Shown here: one piece after another, positions 7,861 through 17,774 of the stretch
How positions within the stretch are numbered: position 1 is the stretch's first letter
Layout: each line of letters starts with the position of its first letter
From: SAR116 cluster bacterium
GTDB taxonomy: Bacteria; Pseudomonadota; Alphaproteobacteria; Puniceispirillales; Marisalimonadaceae
Direction of reading: 5' to 3'
DNA length: 51,670 bases
NCBI GenBank assembly: GCA_042090495.1
Contig: JBELJF010000003.1
Location: 1-51,670, forward strand
Program-made: the position numbers and the translations under genes
Notes under the pieces: model-generated
Told to the model about the DNA's origin: nothing
What the model saw: the letters and a program-made list of their open reading frames with translations, nothing else
Databases searched by the model: none

Positions 7861-9120
7861 TTAATTTTTTGTTAAAGAAGAAGGATGCTTTAAAAATAAA
7901 ATTGTAAAGAAACTAATTACAAATGGGTACAAGGCTAAATATCGAATTGTAATTAAAGGATCACCTATAAAATCGATTGCAAAACCAACTGGTAATGGTC
8001 CCAAAGAAGCACCGATAACACCTATCATTTGTCCAGTACCTTGAATGCTTCCTAAATGTTTTCTACCAAAATATCTTGGCCATATGTAACCAAACATGGT
8101 CATACTTATTGCGTTATTGATTCCAAAAAAAACAGCGTAAATTAAAGCATAATATTCATTAACTGAAAAAGTTATGCTTAACAATGAAATACAATTTATC
8201 AATAGGCCAATTGTTAGAACGTAATGTGTTTGGATATTATCAAAAAGTTTTCCTACAACTGGCATGAATAAGACCATAGTTATGGCAGAAACAGTGAATA
8301 GTGCTGCGGCAAAATCTGGAGTTATGCCTTGATTAGTTAAAATTGTAACTTGATAAAAATGAAGTGTTGTAACTAGCATAGCCATCCCAAACCACATGGC
8401 TGATAAAATATAAAAGGACCTTTCTTTAAGAGCTTGAGAAAGGTCTAAACCTTCAATTATTTCCTTTTTATTATCAATTGATTTTACTTTTATCTTACCA
8501 TCTGGGGAAAGCCCCACACTTTCAGGAGTATTCCAAGCAAGTAGATATAAAGCAGGAACCATAACAATCCATGTGGATACTCCTAAAAAAACCCAGGCAA
8601 ATTTCCATCCATAATGATCAATCAAGAATTGAGATAAAGGAGGATGAATAGCCATCGAAATGCCAAAACCTAGAGCCATTAAGCTCATGGCAAAGCCACG
8701 TTTTTTATCAAACCATTGTGAAACAAGGTTTGCACAACCTAACATAAGAGATCCTTGACCAAAAAATCTAAGGAAACCAAAGCCAACAGTTAACATTAAG
8801 AAGTTTGATGCTGCACCAAAAAATACACAAGAAATTCCTAATAAAATAGTGACTATTATTAGAGTTTTTCTTGCTCCGTATTTGTCTATGAGCCTACCCA
8901 TATACGGGAGTAAAAATGCCGCAATTAAGGTGGCCAAACCATAGGCTGATGCTATTGATGTACTGGATAGATCTAAATCTTTACTAATAGGCCCTACAAA
9001 AACACTAAATGTGTGAGACTGTCCAGGGCCACTTGAAAAAATACCTAAGTTAGCAACAGCTACAATCATCCACCCATAAAAAAAATTAGGACTGATATAA
9101 TTAAAAATTTTATCACGCAT
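7861..9120 (-). CDS. MFS transporter
   Basis: FFYGW, GPGQSHTFSVFV, motif A GRLIDKYGARK, WFDKKRGFA, YFGRKHLGSIQG. Confidence 0.9.
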   Translation of the reverse strand: MRDKIFNYISPNFFYGWMIVAVANLGIFSSGPGQSHTFSVFVGPISKDLDLSSTSIASAYGLATLIAAFLLPYMGRLIDKYGARKTLIIVTILLGISCVFFGAASNFLMLTVGFGFLRFFGQGSLMLGCANLVSQWFDKKRGFAMSLMALGFGISMAIHPPLSQFLIDHYGWKFAWVFLGVSTWIVMVPALYLLAWNTPESVGLSPDGKIKVKSIDNKKEIIEGLDLSQALKERSFYILSAMWFGMAMLVTTLHFYQVTILTNQGITPDFAAALFTVSAITMVLFMPVVGKLFDNIQTHYVLTIGLLINCISLLSITFSVNEYYALIYAVFFGINNAISMTMFGYIWPRYFGRKHLGSIQGTGQMIGVIGASLGPLPVGFAIDFIGDPLITIRYLALYPFVISFFTILFLKHPSSLTKN

Positions 9121-9200
9121 TTTAATGAAGCTTTAATTAAAAGATTATTAAATTATTATACATGTTAATTAAATTAAAATATATAAATAAGAAAGAATTA

Positions 9201-10085
9201 TTATTTTTTAAGAGCTTCTACATACATATCCAATGCTTGAAGCAAAGAGCGATTCGTATCAACAGTTTCTCTTGTTTCCTTGGCAATTGGTGTTCTGTTT
9301 GCCAGTGACATAATATCAGCGGAACCTTCATGAAACTTTGGTGTAACACCTGCATTAGAAAAAGTATTAGCAATTTCATACATTTCTCCTTCCCACCTTG
9401 CAGCATCTAGTGGGATCCTTGGAACCATTCGCTCCATTGCCATCAACATATCAGGTTTACTGTATTCTAATTCTTCAAAATATTCACTTGAAAGGCCCAG
9501 CTTGTGAGCTGCCGTTAAAACAGCTGCATGAAGAGCAAATGTTCCTTTGGTAGCACTGGCATAAACCATTTTCATAGCAGAAGCTTTACCTATTTCTTTT
9601 CCTAAATTTTTTACTATGAAGCCCTTCCCATCAAGAATTTTTACTGGATTAGTATTGGGTCCAGAAACATATAATCTAGTTTGACCTTTTTCAACAATGG
9701 GGTTTAAACCGATAATACCTGCATCTATAAAATTACAAAATTTAGATGAAATTGCATTGCAAATATTCTGGGCTGTTTCTGGAGAAACAGCATTGCAATC
9801 AACGTAAGTAAGCGATTTTTTATTTTTTAAAATTATTTCATTAACTACCTCAGCTTGTCCAAGAGCTGATTCCGGAGGTAGTATAGATAAAATTATATCA
9901 GAATAATTGACTACATTATCAATTGTACCAACATCTTCTATTCCAGCACTTGTAGAAAGTTTTTTTGTTCTATTACTTCTTCCATCAAGACCAGAAATGA
10001 CCCTAAAATTATTTTTTAAGAAAACTTTACCACAGCCATGCCCCATGTCTCCTGGCATCAAAATTCCAATAGTTTCGTTTGACAT
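9201..10085 (-). CDS. NAD(P)-dependent oxidoreductase, 6-phosphogluconate-dehydrogenase-like with DUF1932 C-terminus
   Basis: IGILMPGDMG Rossmann start, YVDCNAVSP, FIDAGIIG, GKASAMKMVYA.ATKG, A.RW.GEM.EIA.TF. Start moved to ATG 10085. Confidence 0.8.
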   Translation of the reverse strand: MSNETIGILMPGDMGHGCGKVFLKNNFRVISGLDGRSNRTKKLSTSAGIEDVGTIDNVVNYSDIILSILPPESALGQAEVVNEIILKNKKSLTYVDCNAVSPETAQNICNAISSKFCNFIDAGIIGLNPIVEKGQTRLYVSGPNTNPVKILDGKGFIVKNLGKEIGKASAMKMVYASATKGTFALHAAVLTAAHKLGLSSEYFEELEYSKPDMLMAMERMVPRIPLDAARWEGEMYEIANTFSNAGVTPKFHEGSADIMSLANRTPIAKETRETVDTNRSLLQALDMYVEALKK

Positions 10086-10093
10086 CACATAAC

Positions 10094-10468
10094 CTATTTC
10101 TTCATAGGTCCACCATTTTTTTCCCAATCTGGTATACCACCAGCATTAAAAACATTTTTATAACCCATCTCTATTAAAGTCTTCCCCGCTAATGCGGCTT
10201 GTCCACCAACGCCGCATATTAGTATAATTTCAGAGTCTTTTTTAAGCTTATCATTATATAAAGGGGTAGCTTCATCAGCAACAAATTCAATCAAACCTCT
10301 AGGTATTTCTAGACCATCAAGAATAGTTCCTGTTTTTTTTATATCCGAGCTATCTCTTACATCAATAAAAATTGAAGATTTTGACTTGTGTTTTTCAATT
10401 GCTTCCTTGACATCTATTTTTTTTACGACCTCATTTGCTTCTTGTAAATAATCTTTTGCTGTTTTCAT
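10094..10468 (-). CDS. Single-domain rhodanese-like sulfurtransferase
   Basis: FIDVRD, IPRGLIEF.AD, active-site loop CGVGGQA, MGYKNV.NAGG..DW...GG. Start moved to ATG 10468 after GAGGA. Confidence 0.85.
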   Translation of the reverse strand: MKTAKDYLQEANEVVKKIDVKEAIEKHKSKSSIFIDVRDSSDIKKTGTILDGLEIPRGLIEFVADEATPLYNDKLKKDSEIILICGVGGQAALAGKTLIEMGYKNVFNAGGIPDWEKNGGPMKK

Positions 10469-10488
10469 TTTGTCCTCTTTATAAAAAT

Positions 10489-10947
10489 TTAATTTAGTTG
10501 ACCAATGTATTGTGGCTGAGTAACGCTTGTAGTCATCCAGCAGTTTAAACATTTCGTATCGATTTCGGCTTTTTCCAAAATCCATAACAATCTGTAACGC
10601 TTATTGTCATAAGCATCTACATCAACTGAGAATTTTGCAATATTATTATCCTTTGACAATAATTTTGTTTTAAATTTCAGCGAGTTTAGCAATATTTTAT
10701 ATGGTGTATTAGCTATCATATTCATAAAATTAGGAAAGGGTCCGGTATACTTTTTGTTTTCTGGATGTGCAAACAGCCAACACTGATATATGCCTTCATT
10801 ATTTGTGGCAGTGTTTGTTTGTAATGCACTCATCTGAATTTCTATTACCTCTGATGCTGAAAATATGTCATTAGGTAATACATTACTAAAAGCTTTATCG
10901 TTTTTAACAAAAAAGAAACAAATTAAGAGAATAGTTAAATATTTCAT
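10489..10947 (-). CDS. Secreted hypothetical protein (DUF4864-like)
   Basis: N-terminal signal peptide; EVIEIQMSALQ.N, GI...W.FAHP.NK..TGP...F..MI...Y..LLN, CWMT.SV pattern. Confidence 0.65.
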   Translation of the reverse strand: MKYLTILLICFFFVKNDKAFSNVLPNDIFSASEVIEIQMSALQTNTATNNEGIYQCWLFAHPENKKYTGPFPNFMNMIANTPYKILLNSLKFKTKLLSKDNNIAKFSVDVDAYDNKRYRLLWILEKAEIDTKCLNCWMTTSVTQPQYIGQLN

Positions 10948-11000
10948 TGGCTACACTAAATTTTTAATTAAAATAAAATAATCTACAAAGGAGCGTTAAA

Positions 11001-11501
11001 TTGCAATCTAAAAATCTCTATACTCATAAATTTTTAAAAACTATTTTATCTTTATTTTATTTTTTATTTTTTTCACAGGCTTTCGCAGCTGGAGGCGATT
11101 CTGATAATTCATCTAAAAATGTAACTAAATCTTCATATTACTATGAAGCAATTAAATTAATAAAAAATGAATCTTATGAACCTGCTATAGATAGTTTGTT
11201 GTCAGCAGAAAAATTTAGCAAGAACGACCCAGATATTTACAATTATTTAGGTTATTCATTCAGAAAAATAAATGATTTAGAAAAAGCAGCTTTTTATTAT
11301 GAGAAAGCGCTTGTTTTATCTCCTAAACATAAAGGAGCTCTAGAATATCAAGGCGAAATGTTTTTAACTTTAGGCCAGTTAGAAAAGGCAGAGTCTAACT
11401 TAAAAAAATTAGAGAAAATATGTTTCTTAGGCTGTGACGAAGAAAAGATGTTAAAAGAATCAATTTTAAAATTTAAAAAAGGTAAAAAGAGTAATTATTA
11501 A
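11001..11501 (+). CDS. Secreted tetratricopeptide repeat protein
   Basis: SD AAGGAG with TTG start; signal peptide ending AFA; TPRs DIYNYLGYSFRK...YYEKAL..P.HKGALEYQGE; C-terminal LEKIC..GC.E. Confidence 0.85.
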   Translation: MQSKNLYTHKFLKTILSLFYFLFFSQAFAAGGDSDNSSKNVTKSSYYYEAIKLIKNESYEPAIDSLLSAEKFSKNDPDIYNYLGYSFRKINDLEKAAFYYEKALVLSPKHKGALEYQGEMFLTLGQLEKAESNLKKLEKICFLGCDEEKMLKESILKFKKGKKSNY

Positions 11502-11532
11502 TTATTTTTATTAACATTCTTGGAGAAGGTGG

Positions 11533-12354
11533 ATGAAATCATTTGATGAAATGACTGTCAAAGAAATTGTTGATCAAATCGAAGATGGATTTCTTTTGGG
11601 TATTCCTGCTGACTATTCTGGAGTGCCAATGGCATTTACTAAAGAGTTAATAAATAAAGGTATTAAAAATTTAAGATTATATTGTTTGCCTCTTACAACA
11701 ATTCAAGGAGATATGTTAATTGGAAGTGGATGCGTTTCAGAAATTGAAACAGCAGCAGTAACATTGGGTGAATTTGGTCTGGCGCCTCGATTTTCTGATG
11801 CCGTTGAAAATGGTAAAATATTGATTAAAGATTCAACCTGTCCTGCTTTACACGCTCAGCTTCAAGCTACAGAAAAGTCAGTTCCCTTCATGCCATTAAG
11901 AGGAGTTATTGGTTCCGATGTTCAAAAAAATAGAAAAGATTGGCAAATAATCTCTAACCCTATGAAATTTTCAGGAATTGAAAATGAACCGATACTTTTG
12001 CTACCGGCAGTCCAATTAGACGTTTTAGTCTTTCATGCTTCTTGTTCTGATAAAAATGGTAATATACAGATTGGCCGGAGAAGAGAGCTTGCAACTTTGG
12101 CTCATGCTTCAAAAAAAGTTTTTGTAACGGTAGAAAAGATTTTAGATACAGATTTTTTTGAAGATGAATTATCTGCCTCAACTTGCCTGCCTGCATTGTA
12201 CATTGATGGTATATCAATAGTTAAAAATGGCGCATGGCCATGTAAGCTTCCTGGAGTATATGAAGCAGACAATGAAGAAATTAAAAAATATTCAATTGCA
12301 GCAAAAACGAAATCAACTTTTGATCAATATATGAAAAGCTTTTTGAAGAGCTAG
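11533..12354 (+). CDS. CoA-transferase family I alpha-like subunit (GctA/IpdA-type fold)
   Basis: DMLIGSGCV..IE, GLAPRF..AVE.G, VPFMPLRGVIGSD, HAS..D..GN, ASKKVFVTVEKI, GAWP....G.Y..D. Confidence 0.8.
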   Translation: MKSFDEMTVKEIVDQIEDGFLLGIPADYSGVPMAFTKELINKGIKNLRLYCLPLTTIQGDMLIGSGCVSEIETAAVTLGEFGLAPRFSDAVENGKILIKDSTCPALHAQLQATEKSVPFMPLRGVIGSDVQKNRKDWQIISNPMKFSGIENEPILLLPAVQLDVLVFHASCSDKNGNIQIGRRRELATLAHASKKVFVTVEKILDTDFFEDELSASTCLPALYIDGISIVKNGAWPCKLPGVYEADNEEIKKYSIAAKTKSTFDQYMKSFLKS

Positions 12355-12370
12355 CTTAAGGCCAAACTTA

Positions 12371-13111
12371 ATGAATTTAAATATTAAAAGAGAAGAGCTG
12401 TTAATAAGCCAATTAGCAGATTTATTAAAAAATGATAATCATGTGGCTGTTGGCGCTGCATCGCCAATTCCAGGAGCAGCAGCATTACTTGCTAAAGAAG
12501 AGGCTAAAAATTTTAATAAACGGCTAAGAGTAACGATTCTGCATTCAAATAAATATAATAATTTTACAGATGGAGCTCGAGAGCTTTTTGATTGTGCTGC
12601 TCAAGGAAGGATAGATACTTTTTTTCTAGGTGGTGTTCAAATTGACGGTAAAGCAAATATAAATTTAGTTGGAACTGGTGAGTATCCAAATCTTAAGAAG
12701 AGGTTTCCTGGTTCGTTTGGCTCTCCTTTAATGTATTTTGTTGTACCGCAAGTGATTTTGTTTAGAGAGGAGCACTCTCCAAGGACTTTAGTAAAAAATG
12801 TAGATTTTATATCTGCACCTGGCGTCTCAGAAGATAATATATATAGGCCAGGAGGTCCTAAATATTTATTAACTAATAGGGCATTATTTAAATTCGATAA
12901 AAAACAAAAAAAATTTTCTCTATTGCGGTTAAATATAAATGAGACTTTAGATAGTATTATTGAACTTACAGGTTTTAATTTTGAAGTTGATAAAAATCTC
13001 TCTCAAATGGTTTTGCCAGAAAAAAACCGTATAGAAACTTTAAGAAAGTATATTGCCCCAATGGTATCTGAGTTTTATCCAGAATTTGCAAAAAGAATAT
13101 GGGGCGTATAA
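12371..13111 (+). CDS. CoA-transferase family I beta-like subunit (GctB/IpdB-type fold)
   Basis: FLGGVQIDG.ANINL.G.GEYP...RFPGSFGS, EHSPRTLV..VDFISAPG, GGP..LLT..ALFKFD, TGF; directly follows the alpha subunit. Confidence 0.8.
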   Translation: MNLNIKREELLISQLADLLKNDNHVAVGAASPIPGAAALLAKEEAKNFNKRLRVTILHSNKYNNFTDGARELFDCAAQGRIDTFFLGGVQIDGKANINLVGTGEYPNLKKRFPGSFGSPLMYFVVPQVILFREEHSPRTLVKNVDFISAPGVSEDNIYRPGGPKYLLTNRALFKFDKKQKKFSLLRLNINETLDSIIELTGFNFEVDKNLSQMVLPEKNRIETLRKYIAPMVSEFYPEFAKRIWGV

Positions 13112-13118
13112 CTTTACC

Positions 13119-15059
13119 TTATAAGTTCTTTCTGTTTACCACTAAGTTTTGAACTACAAGGGGGTCAGCTAAAGTAGATACATCACCTAGGTCTTTATGT
13201 TCATTAGCAGCGATTTTTCTTAAAATTCTTCTCATTATCTTACCTGATCTTGTCTTAGGTAGACCAGGAGCAAATTGAATTAGATCCGGTGAAGCGATGG
13301 GCCCTATTTCTTTTCTAACCCAATTTTTTAATTCTACTAATAATTCGTCAGATGCAGTAACACCTATATTTACTGTTACATATGCATATATTCCTTGACC
13401 TTTAATATCATGAGGGTAACCAACAACTGCTGCTTCCGCCACATCGTTATGAGCCACTAGCGCAGACTCAACTTCTGCTGTTCCCATTCTATGGCCTGAT
13501 ACGTTAATTACATCGTCAACTCTTCCAGTTATCCAATAATAGCCATCTTCATCTCTCTTGCACCCATCACCAGAAAAATATCTTCCAGGAAATGTTGAAA
13601 AATAAGTATCTATAAACCTTTGATGATCTCCATATACAGTTCTCATCTGACCTGGCCACGACATATTAATGCATAAATTACCTTCTGCAGGCCCCTCTAG
13701 TTCATTATTTTCATTATCTACTAGAGCAGGCTTTATGCCAAAAAATGGTTTTGTTGCTGATCCTGGTTTTGTAGGGATAGCTCCTGGTAAGGGAGTGATT
13801 AATATGCCACCTGTTTCAGTTTGCCACCATGTATCAACAATTGGGCACTTTCCATCTCCTACAACATTATTATACCAGTTCCACGCTTCAGGATTAATTG
13901 GTTCTCCAACACTACCTAAAATTCTTAAACTAGATCTATTTGTTTTCTTAACAGGCTCATCTCCCTCTGCCATTAGTGCTCTTATTGCAGTAGGAGCGGT
14001 ATAGAAAATATTTACTTTATGTTTGTCTACGATTTCCCAGAATCTACTAACAGTAGGATAATTAGGAACACCTTCAAACATTAAAGTCGTGGCACCATTA
14101 GATAGTGGACCATAAACTATATATGAATGACCTGTTACCCACCCCACATCAGCTGTACACCAATAAATTTCATTTTCTTGGTAATCAAAAACATAATGAT
14201 GAGTCATGGAAGCATAAACCATATATCCTCCAGTAGTATGAAGTACTCCTTTAGGTTTACCTGTCGATCCAGACGTATATAAAATAAACATTGGATCTTC
14301 AGCGTTCATTTCGGTAGGCAAACAATCAGGAGAAGCTAATGCCATCTCTTCGTGGTACCATATATCCTGACCGTCTATCCAATTAATATCCCCACCAGTT
14401 CTTTTAACAACTATAGTTGTTTTGCACATTGTTGCTTTGGATATAGCTTCGTCCGTATTACTTTTAAGAGGAATTTTTTTACCCCCTCTAATACCCTCAT
14501 CTGCTGTAATTATTATTGAAGAATTACAATCTTCTATTCTCCCAGCTAAGGCATCCGGAGAAAATCCTCCAAAGACTACTGAGTGAATTGCTCCAATTCG
14601 CGTACAAGCTAACATTGCTATTGTGGCCTCAGGTATCATTGGCATATAAATTGTTATTCGGTCACCTTTTTTAGCCCCAGCTTTTTTTAAGACATTTGCA
14701 AATTTACAAACATCCTTATAAAGCTCGTTATAAGTTATTTTTTTGCTATCACTTGGATCATCTCCTTCCCAAATTATAGCGATATTATCTCCTTTAGATT
14801 TTAGATGTCTGTCAAGGCAATTAAAACTTGCATTTAATGTTCCGTCCTCAAACCATTTAATATGAAGGTTTTTTTTATTGTATGACACGTCATTTACTTT
14901 TGAATAAGGCTTGATCCAATCGATTCTTTTTCCATGTTTCTGCCAAAATAATGAAGGATCATTTATAGATTCTTCATACATTTTTTCGTAAGTTTCACGA
15001 TTAACATGAGATTTTTCAATAATACTCGATGATGGTTTGTATAAGCTTGAGCCTGACAT
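13119..15059 (-). CDS. acs: Acetyl-CoA synthetase
   Basis: [68 protein letters not shown]. Confidence 0.95.
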   Translation of the reverse strand: MSGSSLYKPSSSIIEKSHVNRETYEKMYEESINDPSLFWQKHGKRIDWIKPYSKVNDVSYNKKNLHIKWFEDGTLNASFNCLDRHLKSKGDNIAIIWEGDDPSDSKKITYNELYKDVCKFANVLKKAGAKKGDRITIYMPMIPEATIAMLACTRIGAIHSVVFGGFSPDALAGRIEDCNSSIIITADEGIRGGKKIPLKSNTDEAISKATMCKTTIVVKRTGGDINWIDGQDIWYHEEMALASPDCLPTEMNAEDPMFILYTSGSTGKPKGVLHTTGGYMVYASMTHHYVFDYQENEIYWCTADVGWVTGHSYIVYGPLSNGATTLMFEGVPNYPTVSRFWEIVDKHKVNIFYTAPTAIRALMAEGDEPVKKTNRSSLRILGSVGEPINPEAWNWYNNVVGDGKCPIVDTWWQTETGGILITPLPGAIPTKPGSATKPFFGIKPALVDNENNELEGPAEGNLCINMSWPGQMRTVYGDHQRFIDTYFSTFPGRYFSGDGCKRDEDGYYWITGRVDDVINVSGHRMGTAEVESALVAHNDVAEAAVVGYPHDIKGQGIYAYVTVNIGVTASDELLVELKNWVRKEIGPIASPDLIQFAPGLPKTRSGKIMRRILRKIAANEHKDLGDVSTLADPLVVQNLVVNRKNL

Positions 15060-15080
15060 TTAATACTCCCTAATTTATGA

Positions 15081-15638
15081 TTATTCTTCTAAAATTAAAT
15101 TTGCATTATCAATATCGTTAATATCTATAACCTTGTTTATAGTTTCTAAAGAAAAGCCTTTTCTTGATAGTGAGCCAAGCCATTTCTGTTTTAAATTATA
15201 GCTGTCCCTTTCATTGGATATTAAATTCTTACACGAAAATATTCCAATATTCTTCCTTTTCATAAATTTAATAGCAGCTCTTATTTCTGCATTTTCATGC
15301 CCTTCATCCACACTTTCAATAGATGATTGAATTATTTCGTTTGGTATCCCTTTTTCTTTAAGTTTAGAGTAAATAAATCTAATCGAACTACCTTGCCTTC
15401 TAAGTGACCTAGTTTTAATTTCTGCATATCTTTTGTCATCAATGAAGTTGGCTTTAATCATCTCTTCTTTAATTTGATCTAGTATATTTATTTTTTCTTT
15501 CTCGTTAAGGTCACTGTCGTAATAAGACATTTTTCGTTTAAGAGTATTTTCAAATTGATATGTTGAAACTTCATAACGTGCTAAATAAGACATTGAAGAG
15601 CTTCTTAACTTTTTAAGTATTTTATCTTTATTATTCAT
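15081..15638 (-). CDS. recX: RecX family regulatory protein
   Basis: YL.RY..S, IDDKRYAE.K.RSL.R.G.S...I..KL..KGI, L..LSRKGFS. The start may be ATG 15638 or 15650. Confidence 0.8.
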   Translation of the reverse strand: MNNKDKILKKLRSSSMSYLARYEVSTYQFENTLKRKMSYYDSDLNEKEKINILDQIKEEMIKANFIDDKRYAEIKTRSLRRQGSSIRFIYSKLKEKGIPNEIIQSSIESVDEGHENAEIRAAIKFMKRKNIGIFSCKNLISNERDSYNLKQKWLGSLSRKGFSLETINKVIDINDIDNANLILEE

Positions 15639-15718
15639 AAAACTTATCATTAATGTTAATTAACTTTAACGTTAATATTTTTAAAGATTATAAAGATTTT
15701 AATTACAAGGACAAGTTA

Positions 15719-16528
15719 TTGAAAAATTATAAAGTAAATCTAGGGGTAAAACGTGAAATTGGTAGAGTAAATTGGAATGGCTTTTTTACGCTTTACATAA
15801 AAGAGGTTAAAAGATTTACAAATGTTTTTTTACAAACAATCACAGCACCTATGGTTACTACATTACTATTTGTAATTGTTTTTTCTATAGCAATTGATAG
15901 AAGTGCGGGTTTTCAAGGAATTCCATTTATTACTTTTTTAGTGCCTGGATTAATTATGATGAGCGTTATTCAAAATGCATTTGCTAATGCCTCTTCTGCT
16001 TTTATGACTGCCAAGGTGCAGGGGTCAATCGTGGACCTTTTGATGTCACCAATTGGGCCAATAGAAATTTTGATAGCACATGCTTTAGCAGGGGTAACAA
16101 GAGGTTTGTTTGTTTTTATGGGGTCTTTTTTATTGCTTTGGTCCTTGGGAATACTGAGTTTACCAAATCATTTTTTTTGGATGATTTTATTTTTATTCCA
16201 AGGAGCATTTTCGTTAGCTATAATTGGCATGTTGGCTGGAATATGGGCTCAAAAATTTGATCAATTAGCAATAATTTCAAATTTTATTATTCAGCCATTA
16301 GCCTTTTTGTCGGGAACATTTTATTCAATAGAAAGGTTACCAGAGACACTAAAAATAGTGGCTTATTGCAATCCTATTTTTTATGCTATAGATGGATTAA
16401 GATATAGTTTTTTAGGAATAAGTGATGCTTCTCCGATACAAGGCAGTTTAATTTTATTTTTTTGTAACTTAGGCCTAAGTTTTTTTGCATGGTATGTCCT
16501 TAAATCAGGTTACAGGCTAAGATCTTAG
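15719..16528 (+). CDS. ABC-2 type transporter permease (YadH-like)
   Basis: VNW.GF.TL..KEVKRF..V..QTI.AP, FLVPGLIMM..IQNAFAN.SS, FLSGTFYSI.RLP, NP.FY.IDG.RY, SGYRLRS. Likely TTG start at 15719 after AAGGA. Confidence 0.88.
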   Translation: MKNYKVNLGVKREIGRVNWNGFFTLYIKEVKRFTNVFLQTITAPMVTTLLFVIVFSIAIDRSAGFQGIPFITFLVPGLIMMSVIQNAFANASSAFMTAKVQGSIVDLLMSPIGPIEILIAHALAGVTRGLFVFMGSFLLLWSLGILSLPNHFFWMILFLFQGAFSLAIIGMLAGIWAQKFDQLAIISNFIIQPLAFLSGTFYSIERLPETLKIVAYCNPIFYAIDGLRYSFLGISDASPIQGSLILFFCNLGLSFFAWYVLKSGYRLRS

Positions 16529-16554
16529 GATAATAAAATTTTTGGAAAAATATT

Positions 16555-17703
16555 ATGAATGAAATCAAAAAGGTGCCTGGCGTTTTGTCTGGGCAAGAAA
16601 TCACTGAGTTAATTAATAAGAATATTATTAGTAGTGACCATAAAATTAATAAAGATCTTATCCAACCTGCTTCAATTGACCTTAGGTTAGGTCTAAAAGC
16701 ATGGAGAGTTCCAGCTTCTTTCTTGCCTGGAAAAGGTAACTTAGTTTCCGAGAGATTAAAAAATTTTGCAATGCATGAAATTAGTCTTGTAGACGGAGCG
16801 GTCTTGGAATGTGGTTGTGTTTATATAGTAAAACTTTTAGAGCATGTTTCCTTAACAGATGATTTAACCGGTGTTGCAAACCCAAAAAGTTCTACAGGAA
16901 GATTAGACGTTTTTACCAGATTAATAGTAGATGGCGCTCAGGAATTTGAAGATGTCCCTGCAGGGTATAGTGGGCCTCTTTATGTAGAAATTTCACCTAG
17001 AACATTCTCAATACTAGTTCGAACAGGCTCGAGGCTAAATCAACTTAGGATCAGAAGAGGGTATTCAGTTACAACTGACAAAGAGATGGAAATCCTTCAA
17101 AAACATGTAGGCTTAGTCAGAACGGAAGGCGATAATAATCTTCCTGATAAAATAAAAAATGGAGTTCCTTTATCAGTTGATTTGGTGGGTGAAAAAGGAT
17201 TAATTGGATATAAAGCAAGAAAACATTCAAGATTAATTGATGTTGACAAACCAAATTTCTATAAAAGAGAATTTTTTTGGGAAAAAATTACGACAGAAGA
17301 TTTGATTTATCAGACTAACTTTTCTGAAAATGGAACTTCTTCATCTGGATTAGTCTTAAGCCCAGATGCCTTTTATATTTTAGCAAGTAAAGAATATGTT
17401 TCTGTACCTTCTAATTATGCTGCTGAAATGAGAGCATATGATACTAAAGTTGGAGAATTTAGAGCACATTACGCTGGCTTTTTTGATCCTGGTTTTGGTT
17501 TGTCTGAGTTGGGAGCTTCTAAAACAAGAGCTGTTTTAGAGGTAAGGTCTCATGATGTTCCTTTTTTAATTGAACAAGAACAAACAATTTGCAGGCTAGT
17601 ATATGAACCTATGGCTAACGTTCCAAATTTTTTATATGGTGAAGCTGGGGGAGCTAATAATTATCAAGCTCAAGGACTAAAATTATCTAAACATTTTATA
17701 TAG
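16555..17703 (+). CDS. dcd: 2'-deoxycytidine 5'-triphosphate deaminase (long alphaproteobacterial type)
   Basis: IQPASIDLRLG, ANPKSSTGRLDVFTR, GEFR.HYAGFFDPGFG, VLEVRSHDVPF, NYQAQGLKLSKHF. Confidence 0.92.
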   Translation: MNEIKKVPGVLSGQEITELINKNIISSDHKINKDLIQPASIDLRLGLKAWRVPASFLPGKGNLVSERLKNFAMHEISLVDGAVLECGCVYIVKLLEHVSLTDDLTGVANPKSSTGRLDVFTRLIVDGAQEFEDVPAGYSGPLYVEISPRTFSILVRTGSRLNQLRIRRGYSVTTDKEMEILQKHVGLVRTEGDNNLPDKIKNGVPLSVDLVGEKGLIGYKARKHSRLIDVDKPNFYKREFFWEKITTEDLIYQTNFSENGTSSSGLVLSPDAFYILASKEYVSVPSNYAAEMRAYDTKVGEFRAHYAGFFDPGFGLSELGASKTRAVLEVRSHDVPFLIEQEQTICRLVYEPMANVPNFLYGEAGGANNYQAQGLKLSKHFI

Positions 17704-17774
17704 AGTTTTCTTGATTGCTTCTTTATATTTAATCTTGTTAATATATTTTTTCATAAATTATAGAAGAGTTTAAA

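Noticed and set aside
15719-16528. ABC-2 permease without an adjacent ATPase
   Set aside because: Unlinked YadH-like permeases are usual in alphaproteobacteria. Pairing it with the importer-type ATPase at 22927-23574 has no support.
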